64,000 nucleotides of DNA from an uncultured Chloroflexia bacterium (GCA_963776385.1 CAVZME010000011.1:285307-349306); one strand, 5' to 3'; counted from the first letter of the stretch, positions 51,595-61,923 are shown. Numbers and translations are program-made. The notes: generated by a model from the letters alone, not told the origin.

Positions 51595-52569
51595 GCCGCC
51601 TCCTCCCGCAGCGAGCGGCCGGTCTGGCGCAGGAAGACGTCGTCGAGGCTGGGGCGATGGAGGGCGATCGAGGCTGCCTCGAGTCCGGCGCCGTCGAGGA
51701 GGCGGAGCAGGAGCGGGACAGCGGTCTCGCCACGGTCGACGTACAGCCGGACGACGCCGTCCTCGGCGGTCGCCTCGCGGACGAACGACTGCTGGCGCAC
51801 GGTCTCGAGGACGCGCTCGGTGGAGCCGTTGACGCCGAGCGTGACGACGTCGCCGGCGACCTGGCGCTTGAGCTCGTCGGCCGTGCCCTCGGCCACGATC
51901 CGGCCGTGGTCGATGATCGCGAGGCGATCGGCGAGTGCGTCCGCCTCCTCGAGGTAGTGGGTCGTCAGGAAGACGGTCGTGCCGTGCTCGCGCAGTCCAC
52001 GGATCTCGTCCCACATCCGGGCCCGCGCCTGCGGGTCGAGACCGGTGGTGGGCTCGTCGAGGAAGAGGACCGCCGGCCGGTGGACGATGCCCAGGCCGAC
52101 GTCGAGCCGGCGGCGCATGCCGCCCGAGTACGTGCCGGTCGCCCGGTCCGCGGCCGCTCCCAGGTCGAGCGCGTCCAGGACCTCCGCCGCGCGGGTCTTG
52201 GCGGCCGCGGCCGATCAAGCCGTAGAGCCGGCCCTGGATGACGAGCTCGCCACGACCGGTCTCGGCCGGATCCGTCGAGCCGCCTTGCGGGACGTAGCCG
52301 ATCCGCTCGCGGACCCGATCCGGCTCGCGCCGCAGGTCCGCGCCGGCGACCGTCGCCTCCCCCGCCGTCGGCGTCAGGAGCGTCGAGAGCATCCGCAGGG
52401 TCGTGGTCTTGCCCGCTCCGTTCGGGCCGAGGAAGCCGAAGATCTCTGCCGTGCCGACCGTGAGGTCGACGCCGCGGACCGCCTCCACCGTCGATTTGCG
52501 TGAACGGAACGTTCTCGCGAGGTCGTGGGTCTCGATCATCGGCCCGCTGGTGGGACGTCCGGCTGCCAT
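51591..52569 (-). CDS. ABC transporter ATP-binding protein (DrrA-like; frameshift near 52215)
   Basis: GPNGAGKTT, YSGGM, FLDEPTTGLD, TTHYLEEA, SLDDVFL..TG. Confidence 0.95.
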
Positions 52570-52630
52570 GTCTGTCTCCTCGTGTCGTATGCTCTGCCGA
52601 CGAAGCACTTGCGCCGTTCAGCATCTTCGC

Positions 52631-52657
52631 GCATTATCTGCACCGGGCAGATAGTGC
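52631..52657. promoter_or_regulatory. Inverted-repeat operator between the divergent drrAB-like and marR genes
   Basis: GCATTATCTGC-N5-GCAGATAGTGC (10/11 match). Confidence 0.65.
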
Positions 52658-52682
52658 CCCAAGACGAGGAGCTGTGTCAACC

Positions 52683-53765
52683 ATGAACCGCGACGCCATC
52701 GATTCCGTCATCCGGTCACTCCGGCGAGTGAACCTCCAGGGCTCGTTCTTCGGGCAGACCGTGGCGATCCGCTTCGGGCTGTCCGAGTCCGACGTCGAAG
52801 CGCTCGAGGTCCTCCTCGATCAGGGGACCGCAACGGCCGGCCGCCTGTCCGAGCTGATGGGCCTCACGACCGGCGCGGTCACGCGGGTCATCGATCGACT
52901 CGAGCAGGCGGGCTACGTCCGGCGCATCTCCGACGCGGCCGACCGTCGGCGGGTCATCGTCGAGCTCGTGCCCGAGAAGATGATCGCCATCCAGGAGGCG
53001 ATGGCCGGTTACGACGAGAAGAGCGCCTCCGAGCTCGGGCGCTATTCCGAGGCCGAGCTCGCCGTCATCAACGACTTCCTGGCGAGGATGGCCGCGGTCA
53101 CGCGCGAGGAGGCGAACGCCATGCGCGACTCGCAGGATCGTGAGGCAGGAGCGCGGTCGGAACACGCCGCGCCTGTCGGCGGGCTGGAGCGCGCGCGCCT
53201 CCTGTTCCGCTCGGGCGCCAACGAGCTCCTGATCCGCGGCGCCGAGGAGGTCGACGACCTCTACCGCGCCAAGTTCGACGGGCCCGTGCCGCAGGTCCGG
53301 CTGCGCGATGGCGTCGTCACGATCCAGTACAAGGGCCGCTTCCAGTGGGATTGGCGCGACCGACGCGCCGACGTCTCGCTCAATACGGGCATCGCGTGGG
53401 ACATCGAGATCATCGGCGGGGCGAACAAGCTGCAAGGCAAGCTGGCGTCGACCGATGTGCGCTCGTTCGAGCTCACCGGCGGGGTCGATCAGGTCCGGCT
53501 CACGCTGGGCCGACCGACCGGAGAGGTGCCGATCCGCTTCATCGGCGGATCCAACCACGTCCGGATCGAGCGCCCGACCGGCGCACATGTGCAGCTCAAG
53601 CTGTCGGGTGGCGCGGCCGGCGTCGAGTTCGATCGCCAGAAGCTCGGCGCGACCGGCGGCCCGACGGTGCTCGAGACGACCGGGGCGTCGCAGGCCAGCG
53701 ACCGCTACGTGGTCGAGGTCCTTGGCGGCACGAACCGGATCACCATCGTCGAGGTCGACGGCTGA
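52683..53765 (+). CDS. MarR-family regulator fused to a C-terminal beta-repeat domain
   Basis: TAGRL...GLTTGAVT.VIDRLE..GYV.R..D..DRRRV, then about 190 aa of 'hxhxGGxN' beta repeats. Confidence 0.9.
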   Translation: MNRDAIDSVIRSLRRVNLQGSFFGQTVAIRFGLSESDVEALEVLLDQGTATAGRLSELMGLTTGAVTRVIDRLEQAGYVRRISDAADRRRVIVELVPEKMIAIQEAMAGYDEKSASELGRYSEAELAVINDFLARMAAVTREEANAMRDSQDREAGARSEHAAPVGGLERARLLFRSGANELLIRGAEEVDDLYRAKFDGPVPQVRLRDGVVTIQYKGRFQWDWRDRRADVSLNTGIAWDIEIIGGANKLQGKLASTDVRSFELTGGVDQVRLTLGRPTGEVPIRFIGGSNHVRIERPTGAHVQLKLSGGAAGVEFDRQKLGATGGPTVLETTGASQASDRYVVEVLGGTNRITIVEVDG

Positions 53766-53772
53766 TCACGGC

Positions 53773-54538
53773 TCAGCGCTGGTCACCGCCGGTCAGGGAG
53801 ATCGTCTCGCCGTTGACGTAGGTGTTCGCCCCGGACCCGAGCCACACCACGAGACGCGCCAGATCGTCCGGTGTCGCAAGGCGCCGGACGGGGATCGACT
53901 TCGCCATCTCGGCGGCCCGCTCGTCCGGGATCGAGGGGACGCCATCCTTCATCGTCAGGATCTGGGTCGGCGCCACCGCGTTGACGAGGATCCCGCTCGG
54001 CCCGAGCTCCTTGGCCAGCGAGGCGGACAGGGCGACGATGCCGGCCTTCGCCGCGGCGTAGTGGGTCGATCGGGACACCCCGACCAGTCCGGACCGCGCG
54101 GCGATGTTGACGATGCGACCCCAGCCCGACGCCTGCATCCCGGGCACGACCGCGCGACAGGCACGGAACGTGGCGCCGAGCATGTCGTCGACGACCGACG
54201 TCCATGAGTCGTCGCCGATCTCGGCGAACTTCTCCGACTTGAATGCCGACGTGGCCGTGACGAGCACGCCCACGGCCCCCAATTCGGCGGCGACGCGCTC
54301 GATCATCGCGCGCGACCTGGTCGGTCGACCTGAGATCCGCACTGACGGCGATCGCTCGGCCACCCGTCGCGACGATTTCGGCCGCCGCGGCTTCGGCGCG
54401 GGCAGCACTCCCCGTCCCCTCCCGGTGATGCAGCGCGACGAGGGCGCCCTCGGCCGCGAACGCGCGCCCGATCGTCGGACCAGCGCCGCCGCCGCCACCC
54501 GTGATGAGCACGACCCGACCGCTCAGGCCGAGATCCAT
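53773..54538 (-). CDS. SDR family oxidoreductase (frameshift near 54310)
   Basis: ITGGGGGAG, GRIVNI, YAAAK, VNAVAP, YVNGE. Confidence 0.93.
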
Positions 54539-54541
54539 TGC

Positions 54542-55240
54542 CTATGCCTCCGGGGCGTGCCGGGCGAGGTGGGCGAAGAACTCGGCGCGGGTCCGGTCGC
54601 GCGTCCGGAACAGGCCGAGCACCGACGAGGTCGTCATGATCGTGCCCGGCTTGCGCACCCCGCGCATGACCGCACACAGGTGGGTCGCCTCGAGTACGAC
54701 GCCGACGCCCTGCGGATCGAGCCGATCCTGGAGGAACTCCGCGATCTGCTGGGTCAGCCGTTCCTGGACCTGGAGCCGTCGGGCGTACATCTCGACGATG
54801 CGCGGGATCTTGGACAGCCCGATGACCTGGCCACGCGGGATGTAGGCGACCGCCGCGGTCCCGAAGAACGGCAGGAGATGGTGCTCGCACAGCGAGTAGA
54901 ACGGGATGTCCTTGACGACGACCATCTCGCTGTAGGCGATGTCGTAGATCGCACCGTTGATCAGCCGTTCCGGATCGACGTGGTAGCCGGCGGTCAGCTC
55001 GGTGTACATCCGGTGCACGCGGTCCGGCGTCCCGGCGAGGCCCTCGCGGTCGGGCTGCTCGCCGATCTCGAGCAGGATCTGGCGGACGGCCGCCTCGACC
55101 CGGCCATTGGCCTCGTGCCCATCCGTGGGGCCGGCGCCCTCGATCAGCGATGCCGGTCGCGTCGGCTCGTCGCCGATCTCGGTTTCGATCTCGTCGACGA
55201 TGCGCTGGACGTGGCTGGGCAGGTCTCGTGGGCTCGACAC
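54542..55240 (-). CDS. folE: GTP cyclohydrolase I
   Basis: [38 protein letters not shown]. Confidence 0.97.
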   Translation of the reverse strand: MSSPRDLPSHVQRIVDEIETEIGDEPTRPASLIEGAGPTDGHEANGRVEAAVRQILLEIGEQPDREGLAGTPDRVHRMYTELTAGYHVDPERLINGAIYDIAYSEMVVVKDIPFYSLCEHHLLPFFGTAAVAYIPRGQVIGLSKIPRIVEMYARRLQVQERLTQQIAEFLQDRLDPQGVGVVLEATHLCAVMRGVRKPGTIMTTSSVLGLFRTRDRTRAEFFAHLARHAPEA

Positions 55241-55296
55241 GCGGAGGGCTCCCTTGCAGGCCGCGATGGTACGTCGGCGGCGCCTACACTGCGCCC

Positions 55297-55806
55297 GTGG
55301 CCCACCCGAGAGTCGAGCAGTTGCGGTTCGCCCGCAGTGAATGGCAGCGGGGCCTCCTCGGCCTGTCCGAAGAGGACGCGGTGCGCCGCCTGTTGCCGAT
55401 GAACTCGATCTCGTGGATGGCCGGCCACCTGGCGTGGCACGAGCGACTCATCTGGCTGCAGAGAGCACAGGGACTGCGGGTGGAACCGGTCCTCGACCTC
55501 GTGGCGACCGGGAAGCCGGCATCCACGCCGTCGCTGGACGAGATGCAGGCTGCCTGGCGGCGCGTCGTGGACGCGGCGGATCTCTACCTTGACGGCCTCA
55601 CCACCGCCGACCTCGAGCAGGCGCCCGCGCACGACACCCGCGACATCGTCCCTGTCCTCGGCACCCAGCTCATGCTCATCACCTACCACTACTGGTCGCA
55701 CATCGGCGAGGCGTCGGCCATCCGCCAGATGCTCGGCCATACCGATCTCGCCGAGTGGGTCGGCGACCTCCACGGGACGGCCCCGTACCGGCGCGAGCCC
55801 GGCTGA
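55297..55806 (+). CDS. DinB family protein
   Basis: NSISW..GHLA..E and H...HIGE metal-ligand pattern. Confidence 0.88.
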   Translation: MAHPRVEQLRFARSEWQRGLLGLSEEDAVRRLLPMNSISWMAGHLAWHERLIWLQRAQGLRVEPVLDLVATGKPASTPSLDEMQAAWRRVVDAADLYLDGLTTADLEQAPAHDTRDIVPVLGTQLMLITYHYWSHIGEASAIRQMLGHTDLAEWVGDLHGTAPYRREPG

Positions 55807-55811
55807 CCGAC

Positions 55812-56459
55812 CTAGCCCGATCGTCCGCGACGCCGCAGGTAATCGAGCCAGAAGAGACGGGCCGCCACGGACCGGAATGGTCGCCACGCCTCGCCGATCG
55901 TGTCCATCTCGGCGGCGTCGGGCCGGTGGCCGAGGCCCTTGACCTCCGCCACCGATGCAGCGAGTGCGATGTCGCCGACCGGCCAGACATCGGGACGACC
56001 GAGGACCATCAGCAGGTAGATCGTCGAGGTCCACGGGCCGATCCCGGGCAGCGCCTGGAGGGCTGCGTGGACGGCGTCGTCATCGAGCCCCGCGAGGCCG
56101 TCGAGGTCGAGCGTCCCGACGTTGACCGCGGTTGCGAGCGCGCGTCCGTAGCGTGCCTTCTGGCGGCTGAACCCGATCGCGAGGAGCTCCTGGTCCGACA
56201 GGGCGAGGAAACGAGTCGCCGTGAGTGGATCGGCAGCCCGGCGCAATCGGTCGAAGGCGGCCTGCGCGGACGACAGCGAGACCTGCTGCTCGAGGATGAT
56301 GTGGAGGAGTGTCGGAAAGCCAGGCTCCCGCTCCCAGAGGGGCGGAGCCCCGAACCGCTCGACGATACCGGCGAGGTCCGCATCCCGTGCCGCCAGGTCG
56401 GCGACGGCGGCATCGAGACGTGCACGAGTGAGAGGCTGGCGAAGGTCGGTCCCGTCCAC
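55812..56459 (-). CDS. alkA: DNA-3-methyladenine glycosylase II (AlkA family)
   Basis: ILEQQVS, LPGIGPWT helix-hairpin-helix, DVWPVGD, WRPFRS. Confidence 0.93.
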   Translation of the reverse strand: MDGTDLRQPLTRARLDAAVADLAARDADLAGIVERFGAPPLWEREPGFPTLLHIILEQQVSLSSAQAAFDRLRRAADPLTATRFLALSDQELLAIGFSRQKARYGRALATAVNVGTLDLDGLAGLDDDAVHAALQALPGIGPWTSTIYLLMVLGRPDVWPVGDIALAASVAEVKGLGHRPDAAEMDTIGEAWRPFRSVAARLFWLDYLRRRGRSG

Positions 56460-57579
56460 CTACCCGGCGACCGCGCCGCGCTCGCCCGAACCCAGCCACG
56501 GGCATCGGATCGAACGTCCGTCCCTCGGCGCCGCGGAGCCACGCTCGGGCGTTCTCGCCGAGTGACGGCCGATGGTAACCGCCCTCCTGCAGGATCACCA
56601 GGCGTCGCCCGAGGGCGGCCGTGCGCCGCCCGATCTCGTGGTAGACATCGGTCGTCAGGGCGAACGTCCCGATCGGGTCGAGCCCGTACGTGTCGAACCC
56701 GAGCGAGACGACGATGATCGAACCGGGCGTCGCGGCGATCGCCTCGAGTGCCTGGTCGACGGCCCCGAGGTACTCGTCGTTCGTCGTCCCGGCCGGGAGC
56801 GGGATGTTCAGGTTCTCCCCTGCCCCGTCGCCCTCGCCCGTCTCGTCGGCCCGTCCCAGGAAGTACGGGTAATCGCTGTCGGGATCGGCGTGGATGGACA
56901 CATACCGGACGTCGCCGCGGCGCCAGAAGATCTGCTGGCTGCCGTTGCCGTGGTGATAGTCGACATCGAGGATCGCGACGGGCTCGCCGCTCGCCCGGAC
57001 GATGGCCTCGGCCGCGATCGCCGCGTTGTTGAAGAAGCAATAGCCGCCGTACATCGACCGCGCGGCGTGGTGGCCGGGTGGCCGGCACAGCCCGTAAGCG
57101 GACTGCGCCCCGGCCAGGACCAGGTCCGACGCGGTCAATGCGACATCGACGGCCGCACGGGCCGCCACGTACGTGCCAGCGACCAGTGGCGCCGCCGAGT
57201 CGAGGCCCCAGAAGCCCGCGCGGCCGCCGGCATGGACGGGCTCGCGGACGAACGCACCGACCGACTCGTCGGACATGCCTTCGAACATCGAACGATTCGG
57301 ATACGTGTCGGCGGACAGGAACGCTCGATCGATGCGCTGTCGCCGCACCTCGGACCAGGCGACCTCGAGGAACCGGACGAGCCCAGGATGGTGGACCGCG
57401 GTGATGGGCGCGGTGCCGTGTTCGGTCGGCTCCGTCAGCGTGAACCCGCCGTCCGCGGCGAGGGCTTCGCGGATCCTTTCGGCCCGCTCGGCGACCTCGT
57501 TCGCGGGGATGGGCACTCCCATGAACGTCTCGGCCGTGATGTCGTGCCCGAGGTGTGCCGGCGTGTAGACGACGTGCAT
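56460..57579 (-). CDS. Histone deacetylase-family acetylpolyamine amidohydrolase (frameshift near 3' end)
   Basis: CRPPGHHA, GGYCFFNN, DVDYHHGNG, SLGFD, QEGGY. Confidence 0.94.
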
Positions 57580-57592
57580 GGGCTGCTGGTCC

Positions 57593-58508
57593 CTAGCTCA
57601 CGGTCCCGCCGGCGACCGACAGGATCGCCGCACTGACCGCGTCGGGACGGTACCGCATCAGGTTGTGCCCGTCATGGCCGAACGACGCGGCCGAGATGCG
57701 GCCGAGACCGGCCGCCGCGCGTGCGTCGGACGCGGCGACCAGCGCACGCGCCCGCGAGCCGACCTCGTCGTCCGCCGCGGCAACGGCGACGACGGGCGCC
57801 CGGATGCTGGCCAATGTCGCGATGGGGTCGTACCGGAACATCGCCCGGACGCTCGACTCGACCGCATGCGGACGTGTCGCCGGGACGACCTTGCCGGCAT
57901 GGGTCTCGACCACGCACGCCCGGGCTGCCCGCACCTGGTCGGCGTCCCAGGTCGCGGGGTCGAACGCCGCCCGATCGTCCAGGAACGCGCCCATCGAGCG
58001 CATCACCTCCGGCGGTTCATCCAGGTTTCGAAGGAATTCCTCGACGTCCACGCCGGTCGCCTCCTCGATCGATTCCCAGCCGCCGTCGACGAGCACGAGG
58101 CCAGCACACCGATCGGCCATCGACGTGGCAGCCCAGGCCGCGACGATCGCCCCGAAACCGTGACCCGCCAGGACGACACGGTCGCCGGCCGCCGTGAGCA
58201 GCCCGGAGCCCTCGGCGACGGCAAGGACGTCGTCGGCCAGGGTGGCCGGATCGTATCCCTCGGTCGGGGCGTCCGACAGGCCATGGCCCCGCAGATCCAT
58301 CGCCACCACGTGGCGACCATGCCCGCACCCGGCGCGCCACCGGCGCCCACGACCAGGCGGTGTTCGAGAGGCCGTGGATCATCAACACGCCGGAGTCCGC
58401 GCCGCCCGGTCCGCCCCAGTCCAGGAAATGGATCCGGTCGCCCGGATCGACGACGACGACGAAGCCATCGGGCTCGGCGGTCGGATCCGGCGGCGGCACT
58501 GGCTCCAT
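57593..58508 (-). CDS. Alpha/beta hydrolase-fold protein with atypical GHGFG elbow (frameshift near 58315)
   Basis: IHGL...AWSW, DLRGHGLS, LAGHGFGA, LVLVDGG, GHNL. Confidence 0.85.
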
Positions 58509-58529
58509 CGCACCTAGGATACGGGCGCC

Positions 58530-58937
58530 ATGGTCAAACGCCGCCGCGGATCCCGGACGGGTCGCCCACGCTCGCGCCACCGGCCGTTCGAGGAACTGGT
58601 CGGCTGGGCCCTCGATGCCATCCCCGAGCCCTATGCGGCGGCCCTCGACGAGGTCGCGGTCGTCATCGCCGACGAGCCGACGGCCGACCAGCGCCGCGAG
58701 AACGAGATCGGCCCGGACGAGACGCTGTACGGGCTGTACGAGGGTGTCCCGCGCACGGAATGGGGCGCGGACTGGGCGGCCGTTCCCAACCGGATCACCC
58801 TGTTCCGCCTGCCCCTGGAGGAGGACTTCGCCGATCCGGACGACCTGGCCGACGAGGTGTGGCTGACCGTCATCCACGAACTGGCCCATCACCTCGGCAT
58901 CGACGACGACCGGCTGACCGAGCTCGGCATCGACTGA
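58530..58937 (+). CDS. Minimal zincin metallopeptidase (DUF1025/Zincin_1)
   Basis: LYGLYEGVP, PNRITLFR, HELAHHLG. Confidence 0.93.
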   Translation: MVKRRRGSRTGRPRSRHRPFEELVGWALDAIPEPYAAALDEVAVVIADEPTADQRRENEIGPDETLYGLYEGVPRTEWGADWAAVPNRITLFRLPLEEDFADPDDLADEVWLTVIHELAHHLGIDDDRLTELGID

Positions 58938-58953
58938 CACCACCGGCGGGAGA

Positions 58954-60090
58954 TCAGGCGTTGGCGCTGGCGGCGACGAGGAAGCCGACCAGCCCGAGGA
59001 TCGCGATGACGAATCCCGCCAGCATCGGGCGGGTAAGCCAGCGGAAACGTCGCTGTCCCGGCCGGTCGATGAGTGGGTCGTGGCCGCCGCCGGCGCGGAC
59101 ATGATCGAGCCCGAACGTCGCCCGGGTGAGCCCCACGAACATCACGATCTGGGGTGCCAGCGAGATGGCGAGGGCCGTGTAGACCAGCGTTCCGAACGCG
59201 AACACGCCGATGACGATGCCCACGACGACGAGGATCAGCCCGGCCGGGCCGGAGTCGGTGCCGAGGCCGAGGGCATCGAACACGCGGAGGGCCACGTCCA
59301 GACCAGCACTGAGCCCGAGCAGCACGAGCAGGAAGGCGACGGTCTCGAAGATGGCGACCACGACGGCCGCCATCTTGCGCGCGCGGAACACCCGGAAGGA
59401 CCGGCGGGTCGCCTCGAACGGGTCGACGTCGCCGAGGACGACGCCGGCGAGCACGTAGGCCAGGGGTGCCCCGACAAGGGCGGCCACGAGCACCGACGAC
59501 ACGAACGAGACGTCCGTCTGCGGACCCAGCACCGCCACGAAGATCGCGCCGACGATGGCCTGGGCGATGGTGACCGGGATCGACACGATGATCGAAGCCA
59601 CGATCACCCGCCAGAACACCATCCGTGAGCGTGCCAGACCGGCCCGGACGGTGACCGGACGGCCCGAGACATGACCGCCCAGGATCGAGGCGGCCATCGC
59701 CTGACTCTCGACGGCGGCGATCAGCAGGCCGACGCCCGCGACGATGGCGAGGAGGCCGGAAAAGCCGCCGAGTCCCCCACTCAGCAGCCTTGTCATCTCG
59801 GCTCGAGTGTGGTGGATCGAGACGACCTCGAGCGCGAAGCTGGCGACCGCGAGCGGCCCGACGGTCCCGAGGACGATCAGGCCGATGTAGAACGACGCGC
59901 GCCGCATGTCGTCGGACGTGCGGGTCAGGAGGTCGAAGCTCGCACCGAGCAGATGGCGGGTGGATTCGACCGGCGGCGTGAAGACCGGGATCGGTTCCGG
60001 GTCTGGTTCCGATATCTGGGCGGCTTGCTCGGGGACTGCGTCCCGTTCGGGCTCAGGGTCGGTGTCCGCGGGGCCGAGCCCCTCGGTCAT
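58954..60090 (-). CDS. Multi-pass membrane protein of unknown function
   Basis: About 7 TM segments; ATGA overlap with the upstream dehydratase gene. Confidence 0.8.
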   Translation of the reverse strand: MTEGLGPADTDPEPERDAVPEQAAQISEPDPEPIPVFTPPVESTRHLLGASFDLLTRTSDDMRRASFYIGLIVLGTVGPLAVASFALEVVSIHHTRAEMTRLLSGGLGGFSGLLAIVAGVGLLIAAVESQAMAASILGGHVSGRPVTVRAGLARSRMVFWRVIVASIIVSIPVTIAQAIVGAIFVAVLGPQTDVSFVSSVLVAALVGAPLAYVLAGVVLGDVDPFEATRRSFRVFRARKMAAVVVAIFETVAFLLVLLGLSAGLDVALRVFDALGLGTDSGPAGLILVVVGIVIGVFAFGTLVYTALAISLAPQIVMFVGLTRATFGLDHVRAGGGHDPLIDRPGQRRFRWLTRPMLAGFVIAILGLVGFLVAASANA

Positions 60091-61115
60091 GCGCCTGCTC
60101 CCGGCAGGGTCCCCGCGCCGGCGAGCAACTCTCCGAGACGGGAGACCTCCACGTTGCCACCGGAACCGACGACCGCGACGCGCTCGCCGTCGCGGATGGG
60201 GATCCGTCCAGCGAGGACGGCGGCGAGGGCGGCGGCGCCCGCCGGTTCGAGGACCTGCTTCATCCGCTCGACCGCGAAACGCATCCCGGCCAGGATCGTG
60301 GGCTCGTCGATGAGCACGATGTCGTCGAGATAGTGCTGGCACATCGCCAGGGTCCACGCCCCCGCGAACGGTGCCGCCAACCCGTCGGCGACGGTCTGCG
60401 GCTGGATCCGCACGACCTCGCCGGCCGCGAGGGCCAGGCTCATCGAGTTCGCCCGTTCCGGTTCGACGCCGTAGATACGGACGGACGGTCGCCGCTCCTT
60501 GATCGCGGCAGCGAGGCCCGAGATGAGGCCCCCGCCACCGACACCCGCCACCACGACGTCGACGTCCGGCAGGTCGTCGAGCAGCTCGAAGCCCACCGAC
60601 GCATGGCCTGCGATGACCGCCGGATCGTCGAACGGGTGCACGAACTCGAGTCCCTCGGCGTCCCGGATCCGCTCCAGCTCGGCCAACGTCTCGCCCACGT
60701 GCGTGCCGTGCAGCACGACCCGTGCCCCGTATCCGAGACAGGCGTCCACCTTGGTCCGGACCGCGCCGGCTGGCATCGTCACGACCAGCGGGACGCCGGC
60801 CGTCCGCGCTGCCCATGCGTAGGCCTGACCGGCGTTGCCCGCGGACAGCGTGATCGCACCGCGCGCCCGGACGCCGGCAGGCAACGTGATGATCCGATTC
60901 GACATCCCGCGAGCCTTGAACGAGCCGGTCTTCTGGAGATGCTCGGCCTTCACGTAGATCCGGCCATCGGCGACCCTCACACCGGTCGCCGCGGTCGTCC
61001 AGCCGGCGGCCGTCGCCGACGAGAGGAGCGGCGTCCGGTGGACGATGCCATCGATCCGCGCGCGGGCGGTCTCGAGTTCGGCCAGAGGCACCAGGTGGTC
61101 GGCGGCGTCGAACAT
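60087..61115 (-). CDS. PLP-dependent threonine/serine dehydratase family enzyme
   Basis: KAEHLQKTGSFKARG, SAGN, HPFD, VGGGGL, EPAGAA, SGGN. Confidence 0.94.
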   Translation of the reverse strand: MFDAADHLVPLAELETARARIDGIVHRTPLLSSATAAGWTTAATGVRVADGRIYVKAEHLQKTGSFKARGMSNRIITLPAGVRARGAITLSAGNAGQAYAWAARTAGVPLVVTMPAGAVRTKVDACLGYGARVVLHGTHVGETLAELERIRDAEGLEFVHPFDDPAVIAGHASVGFELLDDLPDVDVVVAGVGGGGLISGLAAAIKERRPSVRIYGVEPERANSMSLALAAGEVVRIQPQTVADGLAAPFAGAWTLAMCQHYLDDIVLIDEPTILAGMRFAVERMKQVLEPAGAAALAAVLAGRIPIRDGERVAVVGSGGNVEVSRLGELLAGAGTLPGAGA

Positions 61116-61155
61116 GGCGGCGAGTATGCCACCCGCCATCTTGCAGGTACGCTCC

Positions 61156-61184
61156 TTGCGTGTTTGCGCAAATGATGATACGGT
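61156..61184 (+). promoter_or_regulatory. Sigma70-like promoter containing a palindromic operator
   Basis: TTGCGT-N17-TACGGT, with palindrome TTTGCGCAAA (61163-61172) in the spacer. Confidence 0.55.
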
Positions 61185-61190
61185 CTAGAG

Positions 61191-61490
61191 GTGTTGGATC
61201 GCCTGCCAGTCTCCGCCGAGCCGGACCGCGAGCGCTATGCGTCGATCGGTCGGGCCCTCGCGGACCCCAAGCGACTGTGCGTCCTCGAATCGCTCGCGAT
61301 CGGAGAGCTGTCCGTGACGGACCTCAGTGAACGGGTCGGCTGCCAGGTCCCCAACATGAGCCAACACCTGGCGGTGCTGCGCAATGCCGGACTGGTCACC
61401 AGCCGGCGCGAGGGCAACACCATCCTGTATCGCCTCGCCGACCCGCGGGTCCTCGAGGCCTACCGACTCATCCAGGACATCGCGCGCTAG
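61191..61490 (+). CDS. ArsR/SmtB family transcriptional regulator
   Basis: ALADPKRL.VL, SQHLAVLR.AGLV...REG..I.Y.L. Confidence 0.94.
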   Translation: MLDRLPVSAEPDRERYASIGRALADPKRLCVLESLAIGELSVTDLSERVGCQVPNMSQHLAVLRNAGLVTSRREGNTILYRLADPRVLEAYRLIQDIAR

Positions 61491-61519
61491 AAGCGCACAA
61501 GAAAGGGAACGTTCCCCAC

Positions 61520-61864
61520 ATGGCGGAGATCAGGGTCGCGACAGACGCGAATTTCGAGGAGCTCGTCCTCAAGTCGGAGCGACCGGTCGTGGTCGACTTC
61601 TGGGCCGCCTGGTGCGGGCCATGCAAGATGGTCGCCCCCGAGATGGAGAAGCTCGCGGCCAAGTACGACGGCACGGTCGATGTCGTCAAGGTCGACGTGG
61701 ACGCGAACCCGGGCCTGTCCCAGGCGTTCAACATCCTGAGCATCCCGGTCATCGCGTTCTTCAAGCCGGGTGCGCAGCCGCAGGGTGTCGTCGGGTTCCG
61801 GCCGCTCGAGCAGCTCGAGCAGACGTTCAACCTGTCCGAATTCGCACCGGTCGTCGCCGACTGA
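61520..61864 (+). CDS. trxA: Thioredoxin
   Basis: DFWAAWCGPC, VDVD.NP, I.SIP. Confidence 0.96.
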   Translation: MAEIRVATDANFEELVLKSERPVVVDFWAAWCGPCKMVAPEMEKLAAKYDGTVDVVKVDVDANPGLSQAFNILSIPVIAFFKPGAQPQGVVGFRPLEQLEQTFNLSEFAPVVAD

Positions 61865-61885
61865 CGTCGGCCGCGCCCCGCAGCT

Positions 61886-61917
61886 CGACCCCGGTCACCG
61901 ACCGGGGTCGTTCGATT
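61886..61917 (+). terminator. Intrinsic terminator after trxA
   Basis: cgaccccggtc-acc-gaccggggtcg followed by ttcgatt. Confidence 0.75.
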
Positions 61918-61923
61918 CCTGGC

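Noticed and set aside
50776-52608. ABC ATPase-permease fusion (610-aa ORF)
   Set aside because: It is an artefact of the frameshift near 52215; the two genes overlap at ATGA (51591-51594).
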